A DNA stretch of 56,000 nt, from assembly GCA_013416795.1 (NCBI GenBank), contig RQSC01000015.1, positions 326,072-382,071 of the forward strand, in the 5' to 3' direction. The notes below the pieces were generated by a model. That model was not told the DNA's origin, ran no database searches, and saw nothing but the letters and a program-made list of their open reading frames with translations. This document shows, in pieces, positions 1 to 9,989 of the stretch. Numbering within the stretch: the first letter of the stretch is position 1; every line of letters begins with the position of its first letter. Origin of the DNA: Prasinococcaceae sp. CCMP 1430. Lineage: Eukaryota > Plantae > Prasinodermophyta. A program made the position numbers and the translations under genes.

Positions 1-343
1 GGGGGGGCGAGGCGCGTCTCGGAGGGTGTGGGGAGGGCGGCGGGCTGTGTGTGGGGGGGGGGGGAGGGCGCTCGCGCGCGCGCTCGCGCGTTCACCCCGG
101 ATTTGACCCGTTCGACCCCGGCGACCCCTCGCGGACGCCGCGGTGTCCTCTGTCAAATCCGGGTGTGCGCCTGGGTTCGTCCCGCGGCGCGCGCGCGATA
201 TCTTACCCCGCCCCCGCGGCGACCTTTTTTTCGTCGGCGCAGATATTTTTCGCGCCGCGGCGGTGGGCGTGCGTGCCGCGGATCCGGCCACATTTCGCGC
301 GCGCGCTCCGCGCGTTCGCGCGCAGCCTCGCCCACCCTTTTTG

Positions 344-2099
344 ATGGCGCGGGCGGGGCCGCGGCCCCGGATTTCGGCGCGCGGCGCCCTTGCCGCCGCG
401 ATCGGATATTTCCGGCGCGCGCGCGAACGCGCGCGCGTTCCGCGGCTTTTCCGGGGCGCCTTTTCGCGGCGCCAGCTCGCCGCGCGCGTGGTGAGTGCGC
501 AGGAGCTGACGCCGGCAGCCCACCCGTCTCGCGCGGACGCGCGCGCGCGCGCGCGCGCAGGTGCTGAGCGCGAAGCACGGCGACCTCGTGGCGGAGCGAC
601 TGAGGAGGGCGCGCTACACGGTGGCGCACGTCGCCCGCACGACCGAGTCGGCCGTGCTGGCCTTCCGGCGGGGCGTGCGCGCGTCGCTCGTGCTCGCCGA
701 CGCCGGGCTCGTGCGCCAGCACAACTTCCGCTTCCTGCGCGCGGCGGTGCGCAAGTGCCCGGTGGTGCTGATGTGCGACTGCGGCGAGTCGGAGAACCAC
801 GGCCACCCGTGGACGATCCCCTCGATCGTGTTCGGCGCGGCAGACATCACGTCGTGCCCGATACCGGAGGAGGAGGTGGAGACGCTCTGGCGGCACATCG
901 CCACGCGGAGGCAACAGGTGGCGGAGCAGACGCGCCGAGCCGCCGCGCGAAGGCCCGGGTCAGCTCTCGGCGCGAGCGCGTGCGCGGAGGCGGGGAGCGG
1001 CGACAACACGGGCATGCTGCTGGAAGCGAGCAGCAACGGGGGGCACAGCGGCGTGGGCGGGCGCCTGTACGAGCACGCGCACGGGTACGACCCCGCGATG
1101 CGCGACGCGCAGCAGCCGCTCTCGGCGCACTGGGAGGGCAGCCGGTTGTCGCAGCTGCAGACGGTGGTCGGCATGTGCGAGGACGGCATTCTGCTGCGGT
1201 CGATGAACACCGGCAGGTACATCGTCAACAAGAAGCTCGCGGCCGTCGAGCACAACACGCTCTTCCGGCCGCGGTCGCAGTCGCTGGACACGCGCGCGAG
1301 CGACGTGACGCTGGAGGGCGGTGGGAAGCAGCAGGCGGGCCAGGCGCAGCAGGCAGAGCAGGGGCAGGCGCAGCAGGGGCAGGCGCAGCGGGGGCAGGGG
1401 CCTCCCCCCAAGGGCGCGTCGCAGCAGCAGGGCCAGGGCGGCGCGGAAAGCAGGCGGCCGGCCAGGGGCGCCGCGGCGTCGCACTCGCTCTCCGAGGGCG
1501 CGAGCATCTGCCTGAACGCGCCGTGGAAGGCCGCGCTGCAGGCCATCGGAGTGGGCGACGCTCCGACGGGCGCCGGCGCGGGGGCCCATGCGCAGGCCGC
1601 CGCCGCCCGCGAGACAGGTGGCGCGCCCACCAGCCAGCAGCCCGCGCCTGGGGCCGACGGTGAGGAGGCGGCGCGGCAGGCTCGGATTGCGCGCCCGCGC
1701 GACGCCACCACCACCGCGAACAACACGTCCACCGCGGACTCGCCGCTGAAGAAAAGCTCGGGCGGGGCGACCAAGCGGCCGTTCAGCGCGAGCGATGAGG
1801 CGGAGGAGTATCTTCGGGGGGGCGACACCTCGCGGCGGCGAGTTGAGGGAGGCGATGGGGAAGGCGGCGGCAGCCCGCAGCGCCCATGCGGAGAGCGGGC
1901 GGGGGCGCGCCGCGGGGTGGCGGCCGCTGCGGGCGCGCGCCGCATTGGCGGCGGGGGCGGGGGCATCGCCTGGAAGGCGTGGGCGTCGCCGACAGCGGCG
2001 GCGGGTTTCCGACGATTGGGTGGCACCACGCCGCCGCCGGCCATGAACGAGGGCTCGTCGCCGCCCGCGGCCAGGCCGACCGCCGTCGCGGCTGAGTGA
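344..2099 (+). CDS. Divergent response-regulator-like protein (receiver domain, possible degenerate GARP/Myb, low-complexity C-terminus)
   Basis: Intron GTGAGT 491..CAG 560 with CTGAC branch point joins ...AARV to VLSAKH. RLRRARYTVAHV...SLVLAD...PVVLM...GAADITSCPIPEEEVETLWRHIATR parallels plant ARR-B/PRR receiver domains. The ATG at 344 is tentative. Confidence 0.55.
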
Positions 2100-2518
2100 G
2101 GCTCGCGCGCGCGCGGGCGTGGCCGTGCGTCGCGACGCGCACCGCCCGAGGTCGCTCACCGGCATCGGTGCTTCGTGTACTGTGCGTGCACGGTCGTGAG
2201 CGAGAGTGGTGCGATGCATGCGATGCGAGATGCGATGCGATGTGACGTGACGGAAAGAGCAATGCAGGGACTGTAAGAATGAGTTGAAGTGTGCTACGAA
2301 CGCCGCGTTCGGTCCCGATACACACGCCCCGCGCTCGCGACGGCGGGGAGGCGTGGTGCGAGGGGCGCGTGCGTCCGCGTGCGCGGGTGGAGCTTCGGAG
2401 GGCGCGAAGCAGGCGCCTGCGCGCCAGCGGGCGCTGAGCACTCCCATGCCTGCGCGCAGCGGTCACGTCTCTTACCCGCAGGTTTACCGCGCTGGCGCCG
2501 CTCGCGCGCGACTTCTCA

Positions 2519-3480
2519 TTAGCCTCCCACCACGCCGTACAGGGCCGCGTGCAGCGCGAACGCGAGGAAGAGCACGCCACCCATGAACGCCACCATGCGC
2601 TGCGAGAACTTGAGCGCGAGCAGGCGGCCGCCCCACACCGCGAGGCCCGTGCAGATGGTGTGGCCCGCCATCGCGCCCACGCACACCGCGTACGGGTTCT
2701 TGTGCGCGCCGAGCGCGATGGTGGCGATCTGGCTGCGGTCGCCCCACTCGGCAAGGAACGTCAGCAGGAACACCTCGACGAACACCGGCGAGAGCATCGC
2801 CTGCAGCGCCCGCCTGAGCTTGGACTTGCCGCGATCCTTCTCCTCCGCGAGCTTCTCCTCCACCTCCTCCATCTCGGCCGCCGGCGTCTCCTTGGGGTCG
2901 GAGCGGTACGCGATCCACAGCAGCCGCAGCCCGAAGAACGTGTAAAGCACCGCCGCGGCGTTGTTCACCGCCTGCCGGCTGATGAGGTACGGCGCGATGG
3001 TGCCCAGCGCCGCGCTGGGCACGGGCACGCGGCGGGGCGTTTGCATTGCGAGCGGGGCGGCATCAGCTGGTGCGACCCGCGCGCATGCGCGCGCGCGCGC
3101 GCGCTCGCGCTGCGCACGCTGCCGCGCGCGTTCGCAGAGCGCGAGGCGGGGCGGGTTGGGTTGGGTTGGGTTGGGTTGGGTTGGGTTGGGTTGGGTTGGG
3201 TTGGGTTGGGTCGCGAGCGACCGCGCCCTGGCGATGGCGGCGGGCAGGGCCAGCGCTTTCGCACCTGAGCACCGTCATGACGTACAGCGCGCCCAGCGCG
3301 CCGCCCAGCACGGTCATCCGCGGGTGGCGCATGGCCATGATGGCGGCAATTATGAAGGTTTCGTCGCCCAGCTCGCACACCATTATCATCGCGAACGACG
3401 ACACGAGCCCGCCGCCGAATTCGTCGTCCGGCGGCCCCTCTCGCGCTCCGAAGCCGCCGCCGCCCGCGGCGAGCGCGCCC
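2519..3480 (-). CDS. GDT1/TMEM165 (UPF0016) Ca2+/Mn2+ transporter, 5' truncated at the N join 3481
   Basis: Two signature motifs, ELGDETF and EWGDRSQ. Intron 3264..3016 (GTGC...CAG) joins VLS|AALGTIAPY. Confidence 0.9.
3153..3210 (+). repeat. (GGGTT)11GGG pentanucleotide array inside the TMEM165 intron
   Basis: Read directly: 12 GGG tracts at 5-nt period. Confidence 0.95.
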
Positions 3481-3481
3481 N

Positions 3482-5606
3482 GCCGAAGGCCGAGCCCGAG
3501 TATGAGGAGGAGGAGGAGGACGAGGAGCCCGCGCCGCGCAAGGGCTTCTCGCTGTTCGGCGCCAAGGAGGCCCCTACCATGACCACTGCGGAACGCGAGG
3601 CGCTCAAGCGCGAGCGTCAGCAGTATGTGCAAACGCAGCGCGAATTCGCAACAACCGCCGGCGAGCGGCGCGCCCCGCAGAAGACCGCAGCGCCGAGGGC
3701 GGCTGCGCAGCCCCCGAGCCCTGCGGTGAGCTCGACCACGGGCACGGAGAAGCAGTGGGTACTGACAAGCGACGCCATTGACGGTGGATGCATCGCGCTG
3801 TCTCCGGGTGCGGCGCTGACGGTGGGCACCGCCGCGGGCTCTGACATCCAGATGGTGGGTGATACCGCGGAGGGCATCGTGTCGGGCACGCACTGCTCGA
3901 TTGAGGTGACGGAGGACGGTCGCTCGCTCGTCGTCTCTGATCTCGATTCGACCAATGGCACGCGCGTCAAGGCAGGGCTCTTCTCCAACACGGAGGTGGC
4001 GCCGGGCGAGGAGGTGTTTGTCAAGCCCGGCTCGACGGTGCTGCTGGCCCAGAGCGTGCCCCTGACCGTGGCGTACGCGCCAGTGGACGAGGACGTGCCG
4101 GTGGCGGGCAAGGCGCCGAAGTCCCGCGCCAGCGCCCCCGGCAGTACTGGTTTCAAGATGCCATCGTTCAGTTTCGGCGCCCCCAAAGCCGCGCCCGAGG
4201 CGCCGCAGAAGGAGGTATACGAGGAAGCGGAGGAGGAAGAGGAGGAGGACGATGATGTCCAAGCTCCAGTCGTTCAGAAAGAGCAGCAGGCGACCAGCAT
4301 GGGCATGAAGGGCCTGTGGGCGGCCACTGAGGCGGTCGGTAGCCTTTCGGCAAAGGTAGCGCAAGCCGCTGATGTCGAGGACGACGAGGACGAGGACGAG
4401 GAAGAGGAGGAAGAGGAAGAGGTGCCTTTCGTACCGGCCCTCACACGCGCCGAGGCAATGGCGTCCATCGAGGCGGACTACAAGGCCGACTACTTTGTGA
4501 CTGCCGAGGGTGCGATGGACGCGTACGCGCCTGACTGCACCTTCTCGGACGACTTCAGCTCGTACCGCGGGGTGGATCGCTTCAAGCGCAACGTGGCCAA
4601 CCTCGGCAACTTCATCGAGGAAGGCTCGCTCAACATTGACGCCGAGCTGCAGGAGCTCGCCGATGGCAGCGTGCGCTCCAAGTGGACTTTCAGCTCCGTC
4701 CTGAAGTTGCCTTGGCGCCCGCGGCTGGCCGCCTCTGGCACCACCACCCATGTGTTTGACGCCAACAACCGCGTCGTCGAGCACAACGAGAGGTGGGAGA
4801 GCGACATCAGCGCGGTCCTGGCCAACCTCCTGCGACCCGCCAACGCTGCATCTCCGGAGGACGGATGGGAGCGCAACATGCTGGCCCTATCGAAGGGTGA
4901 CCTGGGCGACCTGTGGGACGCCAACGAGGACGGCATCGCGCTGCTTTCAACGCCCGTGGTGATTGCGTCGGTGGCCTCAGTTGCATACACAGGCGCGGGC
5001 CTGCCTGGCGTGCTACTGGGCTCCGTCGAAGGACTGGCATGGCTGGGCTTCGCGGGTGTCGCGGCGCGCAAGTACACGAGCAGCAGACCTGGCCGGGACC
5101 GCACGCTGCCCGCCGACCTGGCGGATGCGCAGGCGACGCTCGAGCGCTGTGCGGCAAGCGAGGATGTGGCGCCCGAGGCCGTGCGCGCCTCCGTGGCGCT
5201 GCTCGAGGACGCGCTGGAGGACGGCTCGGCGACCAAGCCCGAGGCCTCCCTGGTTGACGGCACGTGGTACCTCGCGTACACATCCAGCCTTGAGACGCTT
5301 CCGGTGCTCGAGGGATACATGCCGGTGGACGAGCGCATCTTCATTGACTTCGAGGGAGAGGGCATCTCGCTCGTCACCAAGGTGCTGCCCCAATTCATTG
5401 GCAGGAATGCCCCCACCTTCACAATCAAGCCGGGGGACACCTTCAAGTGGGACGCGGACGCTGCCACGCTGACGTTCAATCTGAGCGGTAGCGAGAGCGG
5501 CGGGGTGAAGCCCATCAAGTCGTGGAAGATGCTCTTCGCGAGCGAGACTACGCTCGTCGCGCGCTCGTCCGGGACGGGGCTCAATGTGCTCCGCCGCGTC
5601 GGCTGA
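3482..5606 (+). CDS. Probable plastid multidomain protein: FHA + DUF2358/SnoaL-like + hydrophobic segment + fibrillin/lipocalin-like C-terminus; 5' truncated
   Basis: FHA: LTVGT..VSGTHCSI..VSDLDSTNGTRV. DUF2358: YFVT..DAYAPDCTFSDDFSSYRGVDRFKRNV..WTFS..LKLPWRPRL..H.ERW. C-terminal LVDGTWYLAYTS. Confidence 0.75.
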
Positions 5607-5931
5607 TGAGCGCGCTCGACCTTGCCCCCCTGAAGCGCCCCCACGCACGGCACACACACACGCGCGCGCGCGCGCGCACCCGCGCGCGTGGGCCTCACAC
5701 ACACGTTTACTGTAATTTGCTCGCGGCGCGGCTGTTGAGCGCCGCGCGCGACCACACACCTGGCGCCCCCACCCCCAAACCCAATTGCGACGCGGCGATT
5801 TGTTCGGGGCCCGTTCCGAATCGAATTTGCCAATTCGTTTTCGTGTGGCGCCGCGCGGAGTTCGATCGGCCCTCTCCCAGCCAGAGCCCGGGCGCTGCCG
5901 GGGCGCGCGTGCACCTGGGACCGCGGCCGCG

Positions 5932-6120
5932 AACCCCGGTCTGACGTCCGTGCGTACCCGGTATGAGGTGGGGTCGACCCCGGTAAGATAAGTGGTCACA
6001 CCGGGGGTGAGCCGCGGAGACCAGGGCGGCATCGGCCGCCGGCGCGGCTGTTGGGCCGTTGGTCGCGACCCCGGTCTGAGCGCTGTCTGACGGCGGTCTG
6101 ACGGCGGTCTGACCGGGGTT
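5932..6120. mobile_element. 189-bp non-coding element with 14-bp near-perfect terminal inverted repeats (MITE-like candidate)
   Basis: AACCCCGGTCTGAC (5932-5945) versus GTCTGACCGGGGTT (6107-6120), one mismatch. Internal GACCCCGGT and GGCGGTCTGAC repeats. No target-site duplication seen. Confidence 0.3.
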
Positions 6121-6280
6121 AGTCGCTCACAATACCCGTATTTGCGAGCGCCAACCGGGTTCGCAGCGCCCTCGCCGGCGTTGTGGGAAGGCGCGCGCAT
6201 CGCCCGCTGCGACAGGCGCAGCTGCGGGAGAGGTGGGGCGTGCGTGTGTAGGGGGGGGGGGGGGGGGGGAGAGGAGGGGN

Positions 6281-6586
6281 CCCGGCGGGTGGCTCGCCGG
6301 CGGCCGCCCGGCGTACGCCCTCGGAGGCGAGCGGGTGTGCTTCGGCGCACGCGTCGGCCAGCTCGCGCGGTGCGGGCATACCCTCCAACAGGGCGTCGGG
6401 AGCTCGCGCCGAACGCATCATCTCATCTGCGACAAGCGCTCGCACCGCCGCTAGCTCGGCCGGACCGATCGCGTCGCTCGCCGCGTACGGCAGCGCGTCG
6501 ACGTCGGCGCCGGCGGCGGCGGCAAGCGACGCCGCCATCGTGGGGACGCCGCCATCGCCCAGCAGCAGCTGCCCTGCCTCTCCCAT
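6281..6586 (-). CDS. Pre-mRNA splicing factor SPF27/BCAS2/MOS4, N-terminal part; truncated at N 6280
   Basis: VDALPYAAS...AVRALVADEM resembles the BCAS2 N-terminal DALPY motif. Confidence 0.75.
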
Positions 6587-6837
6587 TGCGGTCGCCGCGA
6601 CGGCGCCGTGCGGGGCGCCTTCGGTCCGCAGTGTGGCGCGCCCGCGGCCGTGGCGTTCACATCCCGCATGCATTCTGATGGCCCTGATGCTCCGGCCCAG
6701 GCGCTGGTTCAAAATTGCAACCCTATCTTACTCACCCTAAAGACGCCGCTCAGCAGCCTGTGAGCATGTGGGTGGCAGGCAGCCAATCTGACAACCTCCT
6801 TGGGATCGGCCGCGCGCGGGCCGGCGATGGAGGTGGC

Positions 6838-8100
6838 TCAGGAGCACCTCGGTGTGGAGAAATACAGGTGCGCCTGCCCGATGAGCAGTGCCACCAGCAG
6901 CGTGGCGAGCATCAGCACGATCAGGAAGAAGGCGCGGGCGAGCGCACCTCCCCCACCGCCTGGTGCACGAGAGCTAGGGAACACGCGCACGCCTGCGTCA
7001 GCGCTCACCGAAGACACGGCGCCCGTGGTCGGATGTACAGCCAACGCGGTGACGAAGATGCCGTGCGCGCCCCGGTGGGTGGCCTTGAGCGAAATGCCAC
7101 CACCCGCGCCTCGAGCGACGCAGACGTCACCCTCCGAGCTCCCAGCCGCGATTGCGGCAGGCGAGCCGCCACCGGCGGCGAGGGACGTAAGCGCGTCCCT
7201 GAACACGCGGCGCCTGGAGGCGATGCGTAGCTGCGTCGCGTCGGCCAGGTTGTACACCCACTTTGTGATAAACCCCTCGCCACCGACGTTGACACCCGTG
7301 TACAGAGCACCGTCGGCGTACGCAGCGCCGCGGAACGAGCCTACACGTGAGCGCTCGCGGGCGTCAGTCTTCGCTCGCAGGTGCGCACCCGCACAGGCGC
7401 GCAGGCGGGCGCGGGCGCGTCCGTTCCCTCCCTCACCTTTCCCTCCGTGCAGCTCCTTGCGCACGTCAACAAACTTGGCGTTGGCGCCACCGCCCACGCG
7501 CCGCACGAGACACGTGCCATCCGACGCAGTCGAGGCGAGCGCCGTGCCATCTGGCGAAAACGCGAGCGCGTTGACTGCGTCCGAGTGCCCACTGCCAGCG
7601 GCCACCTCGCACTCACGCAGCTCGGGCCAGCTGAATGCGCGCACGCTACCGTCATCGCGGCCGACGGCGAAGCTGGCCCCGTCGGCGCTGAAGGCGACCG
7701 CGGAACACCCGCCGCCGCCGAGCGCCGAGCCCAGGCGTTCGTCATCGTTCGCTCGCGACGCAAGCAGTACGGTGGGCACCGTTCTACCCCCGCTCGTTGT
7801 GCTGCTAGGCTCGACGGTGAGTACACGCACCCCTCCGTCGGACGCGACGAGCGCGGCGCGGCCGTCTGGGTGCACCGCCATTCCCTGTGGCGCGCTGGCG
7901 CCCATGTCCGCGGTTGCGCACGCCGCCATCTCGAGCGCGCCTCCGCCACCGTCGGGGCGCGCGCGGCCGCCCCACGCGACACCAAGCGCAACGTTCTTGA
8001 CGCCGTGCGAGCCTGCGCCGCCGCCGCCGCCTACGATCACGCACCCCCCCGCGCCCGCCTCGACCGCCCTTCCGCGCCTGCCAGCCAAGAGCGCGCGCGC
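6838..8100 (-). CDS. SEC12-like WD40 guanine-nucleotide exchange factor (Sar1 GEF)
   Basis: VIVGGGGGAGSHGVKN K-loop, WD repeats (VAFSADG..., HSDAVNALAFSPDG, AHGIFVTALAVHP) and a C-terminal transmembrane helix. In-frame intron at ~7450-7342. Start codon not resolved. Confidence 0.8.
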   Translation of the reverse strand, partial: ARALLAGRRGRAVEAGAGGCVIVGGGGGAGSHGVKNVALGVAWGGRARPDGGGGALEMAACATADMGASAPQGMAVHPDGRAALVASDGGVRVLTVEPSSTTSGGRTVPTVLLASRANDDERLGSALGGGGCSAVAFSADGASFAVGRDDGSVRAFSWPELRECEVAAGSGHSDAVNALAFSPDGTALASTASDGTCLVRRVGGGANAKFVDVRKELHGGKGEGGNGRARARLRACAGAHLRAKTDARERSRVGSFRGAAYADGALYTGVNVGGEGFITKWVYNLADATQLRIASRRRVFRDALTSLAAGGGSPAAIAAGSSEGDVCVARGAGGGISLKATHRGAHGIFVTALAVHPTTGAVSSVSADAGVRVFPSSRAPGGGGGALARAFFLIVLMLATLLVALLIGQAHLYFSTPRCS

Positions 8101-8494
8101 GCGTGCGCCTCCGCCAGCCTCACCCGCGCGCACTGTGGCACCCACCCGGCACCCACCCACGCGCCCCCAGAGGCCGATCCGCCCAGCACAGTCACCTCCA
8201 CCGCATCCGCCCTCGCAGCGCGCGCCGATCCGCACACACGCGCACACACATGCACACACGTGCGCACACACGCGTGCGCACACACACACACACACACACA
8301 GAGAGAGACGGAGAGGCACCGACACGCACACACCGCCCCCCGCCGCGCCGCGCCCGCCGCGCTTCCCCCCTCCCCCCCCGCGCGCGCGCCGCGTGGGCGC
8401 GCCACGGCGCAGCAGCGGCAGCGCCGCTGCGCGCCACCAATGCGACGCGCGGACGCGTGCCGTTTGATAGAGCGTGTGCACACACACACGCACA

Positions 8495-8830
8495 CGAAAT
8501 GGTTTCCGTTTTTTATATCGCGTGAGATCAAAATGCAGTGACTTTCGCCGGCGCGCAGCATTTTCGCGCGCGCACGATTCAACGGAATGGGTTCCGTTTT
8601 TTATATCGCGTGAGATCAAAATGCAATGACTTTCGCCGACGCGCAGCATTTTCGCGCGCGCAGGCTGCAACGGAATGGGTTCCGTTTTTTTATCGCGTTA
8701 GATCAAAAGGAAATGACTTTCGCCGACGCGCAGCATTTTCGCGCGCGCACACTCCAACGAAATGGTTCCCGTGTTTTATCGCGTTAGATCAAAATGCATT
8801 GACTTCCGCCGACGCGGGGCGCATTTTCGG
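8495..8830. repeat. Four tandem copies of an 87-88-bp AT-rich unit
   Basis: Units start at 8495, 8583, 8671 and 8758. Core: AATGG.TTCCGTTTTT..ATCGCGT.AGATCAAAA..CA.TGACTTTCGCCG.CGCGCAGCATTTTCGCGCGCGCA. The fourth copy is degenerate. Confidence 0.95.
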
Positions 8831-8984
8831 GGGTAATTGCTTAGAAATGTTTTTTTTTTAGTCGCGGCGTGGCACCCCAGGACCCTCATCTCTCATCCCC
8901 AAAACCGTCCTGGCATCGTGTGCCTCGCAGAGAACCCTAACCGAGACCGTCCCACGGGCGTCCCACGGCGTCCCACGAATGTGC

Positions 8985-9017
8985 CGCGCGAGGCATATTG
9001 GCAATATGCCTCGCGCG
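8985..9017. other. Perfect 33-bp palindrome (16-bp arms, 1-nt spacer)
   Basis: CGCGCGAGGCATATTG-G-CAATATGCCTCGCGCG read directly. Confidence 0.95.
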
Positions 9018-9040
9018 ACCGTCCTACGGACGGGCTACCC

Positions 9041-9100
9041 GTCCTACCCCGTCCTACCCCGTCCTACCCCGTCCTACCCCGTCCTACCCCGTCCTACCCC
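9041..9100 (+). repeat. (GTCCTACCCC)6 decamer array
   Basis: Six exact copies read directly. Confidence 0.95.
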
Positions 9101-9208
9101 GCGGCGACGTGCATACGCACACGGACAGGCGCCGGCCGACCTGGCTGGCCGCCCGCACACACACCCACACAAACACACTGTCACACACACACACACACAC
9201 ACACACAC

Positions 9209-9988
9209 CTGTGATCGCTGCTCATGTCGATGCGCATCGTCCACATGAGGCACGCCTGGAGGAGCACGTTGCACGCGAACGCCAGCAGGAAGGCCATGAG
9301 CGCCTGCACCCTGTCCGACGCCTGCGTGAGCGCCATGGCGAGCTGCGAGTACCGCCGCACGAGCATGCCCACCTGGCCGAGCGCCGCCTCCGTCGAGAGC
9401 TCGCTGCCTGGCCTGCGGTTGCCCAGCACGGCCGCCGCCGCGCGGATGGCCTTGAGGTCGGGTCGCGCGGAGCTCAGCACGAGCGTGAGGCTCGTCATCA
9501 GGCCGGCCATGAAGCACGCGCGCGGCGGCCCGGCGACCACCCACAGGACGCGCACGGCGAGGTCGCCGAGGGGCAGGTCGTAGCTGGAGATGGGCCGCGG
9601 CAGCGTCGACCTCAGCAGCTCCGCGATGGGCAGCGCCATCCAGAAGACGGCGTACACCAGCCACAGCGTGACCGCCCACCCCTTGGCCATCCTCTGGCGA
9701 GCGCGGCGCACGCCGGGGCTGCCCATGAGCTCGGCGTGGTGCAGGGTGACCACCAAGTCGGAGCCTAGCCAGTAGAGCACCGCGCCCAGGAGCACCGCGT
9801 CGTCCACCATGCGGTAGGCGTCCCACGTGGTGAAGCTCGAGCAGGTGGCGCCGGGCTTCTCGTCCGCCTCGCACCTGCGCAGCACGAGCATCGGCACGTA
9901 GGGCGCGAGCTGCAGCGCGTAGAACAGCGCAGCGACCAGCCGCTGCGAGGCGCGGCCGCGGCCGCGGAGGGGCAGCAGCCCCACGCAG
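9209..9988 (-). CDS. Multi-pass membrane protein exon, gustatory-receptor-like/DUF3537-like; truncated at both ends
   Basis: About five hydrophobic helices and a long loop ending YSQLAMALTQASDRVQALMAFLLAF. 5' cut at N 9989; 3' end runs into a (TG)n intron with no further exon found. Confidence 0.5.
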
Positions 9989-9989
9989 N

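Noticed and set aside
3153-3210. GGGTT array as a chromosome end
   Set aside because: Internal, short, and inside an intron bounded by good splice sites.
2961-4784. Long overlapping opposite-strand ORFs suggesting TMEM165 and the FHA gene truly overlap
   Set aside because: Each gene's homology stops at the N at 3481; the extensions are antisense shadow frames.
6251-6269. G19 homopolymer as a functional element
   Set aside because: It sits beside the N join at 6280 and reads as an intron pyrimidine tract on the minus strand; its length is unreliable.
8495-8830. 88-bp array as a CRISPR array
   Set aside because: The variable part is only 6-8 nt, the repeat is too long, there are no cas genes and the context is eukaryotic.
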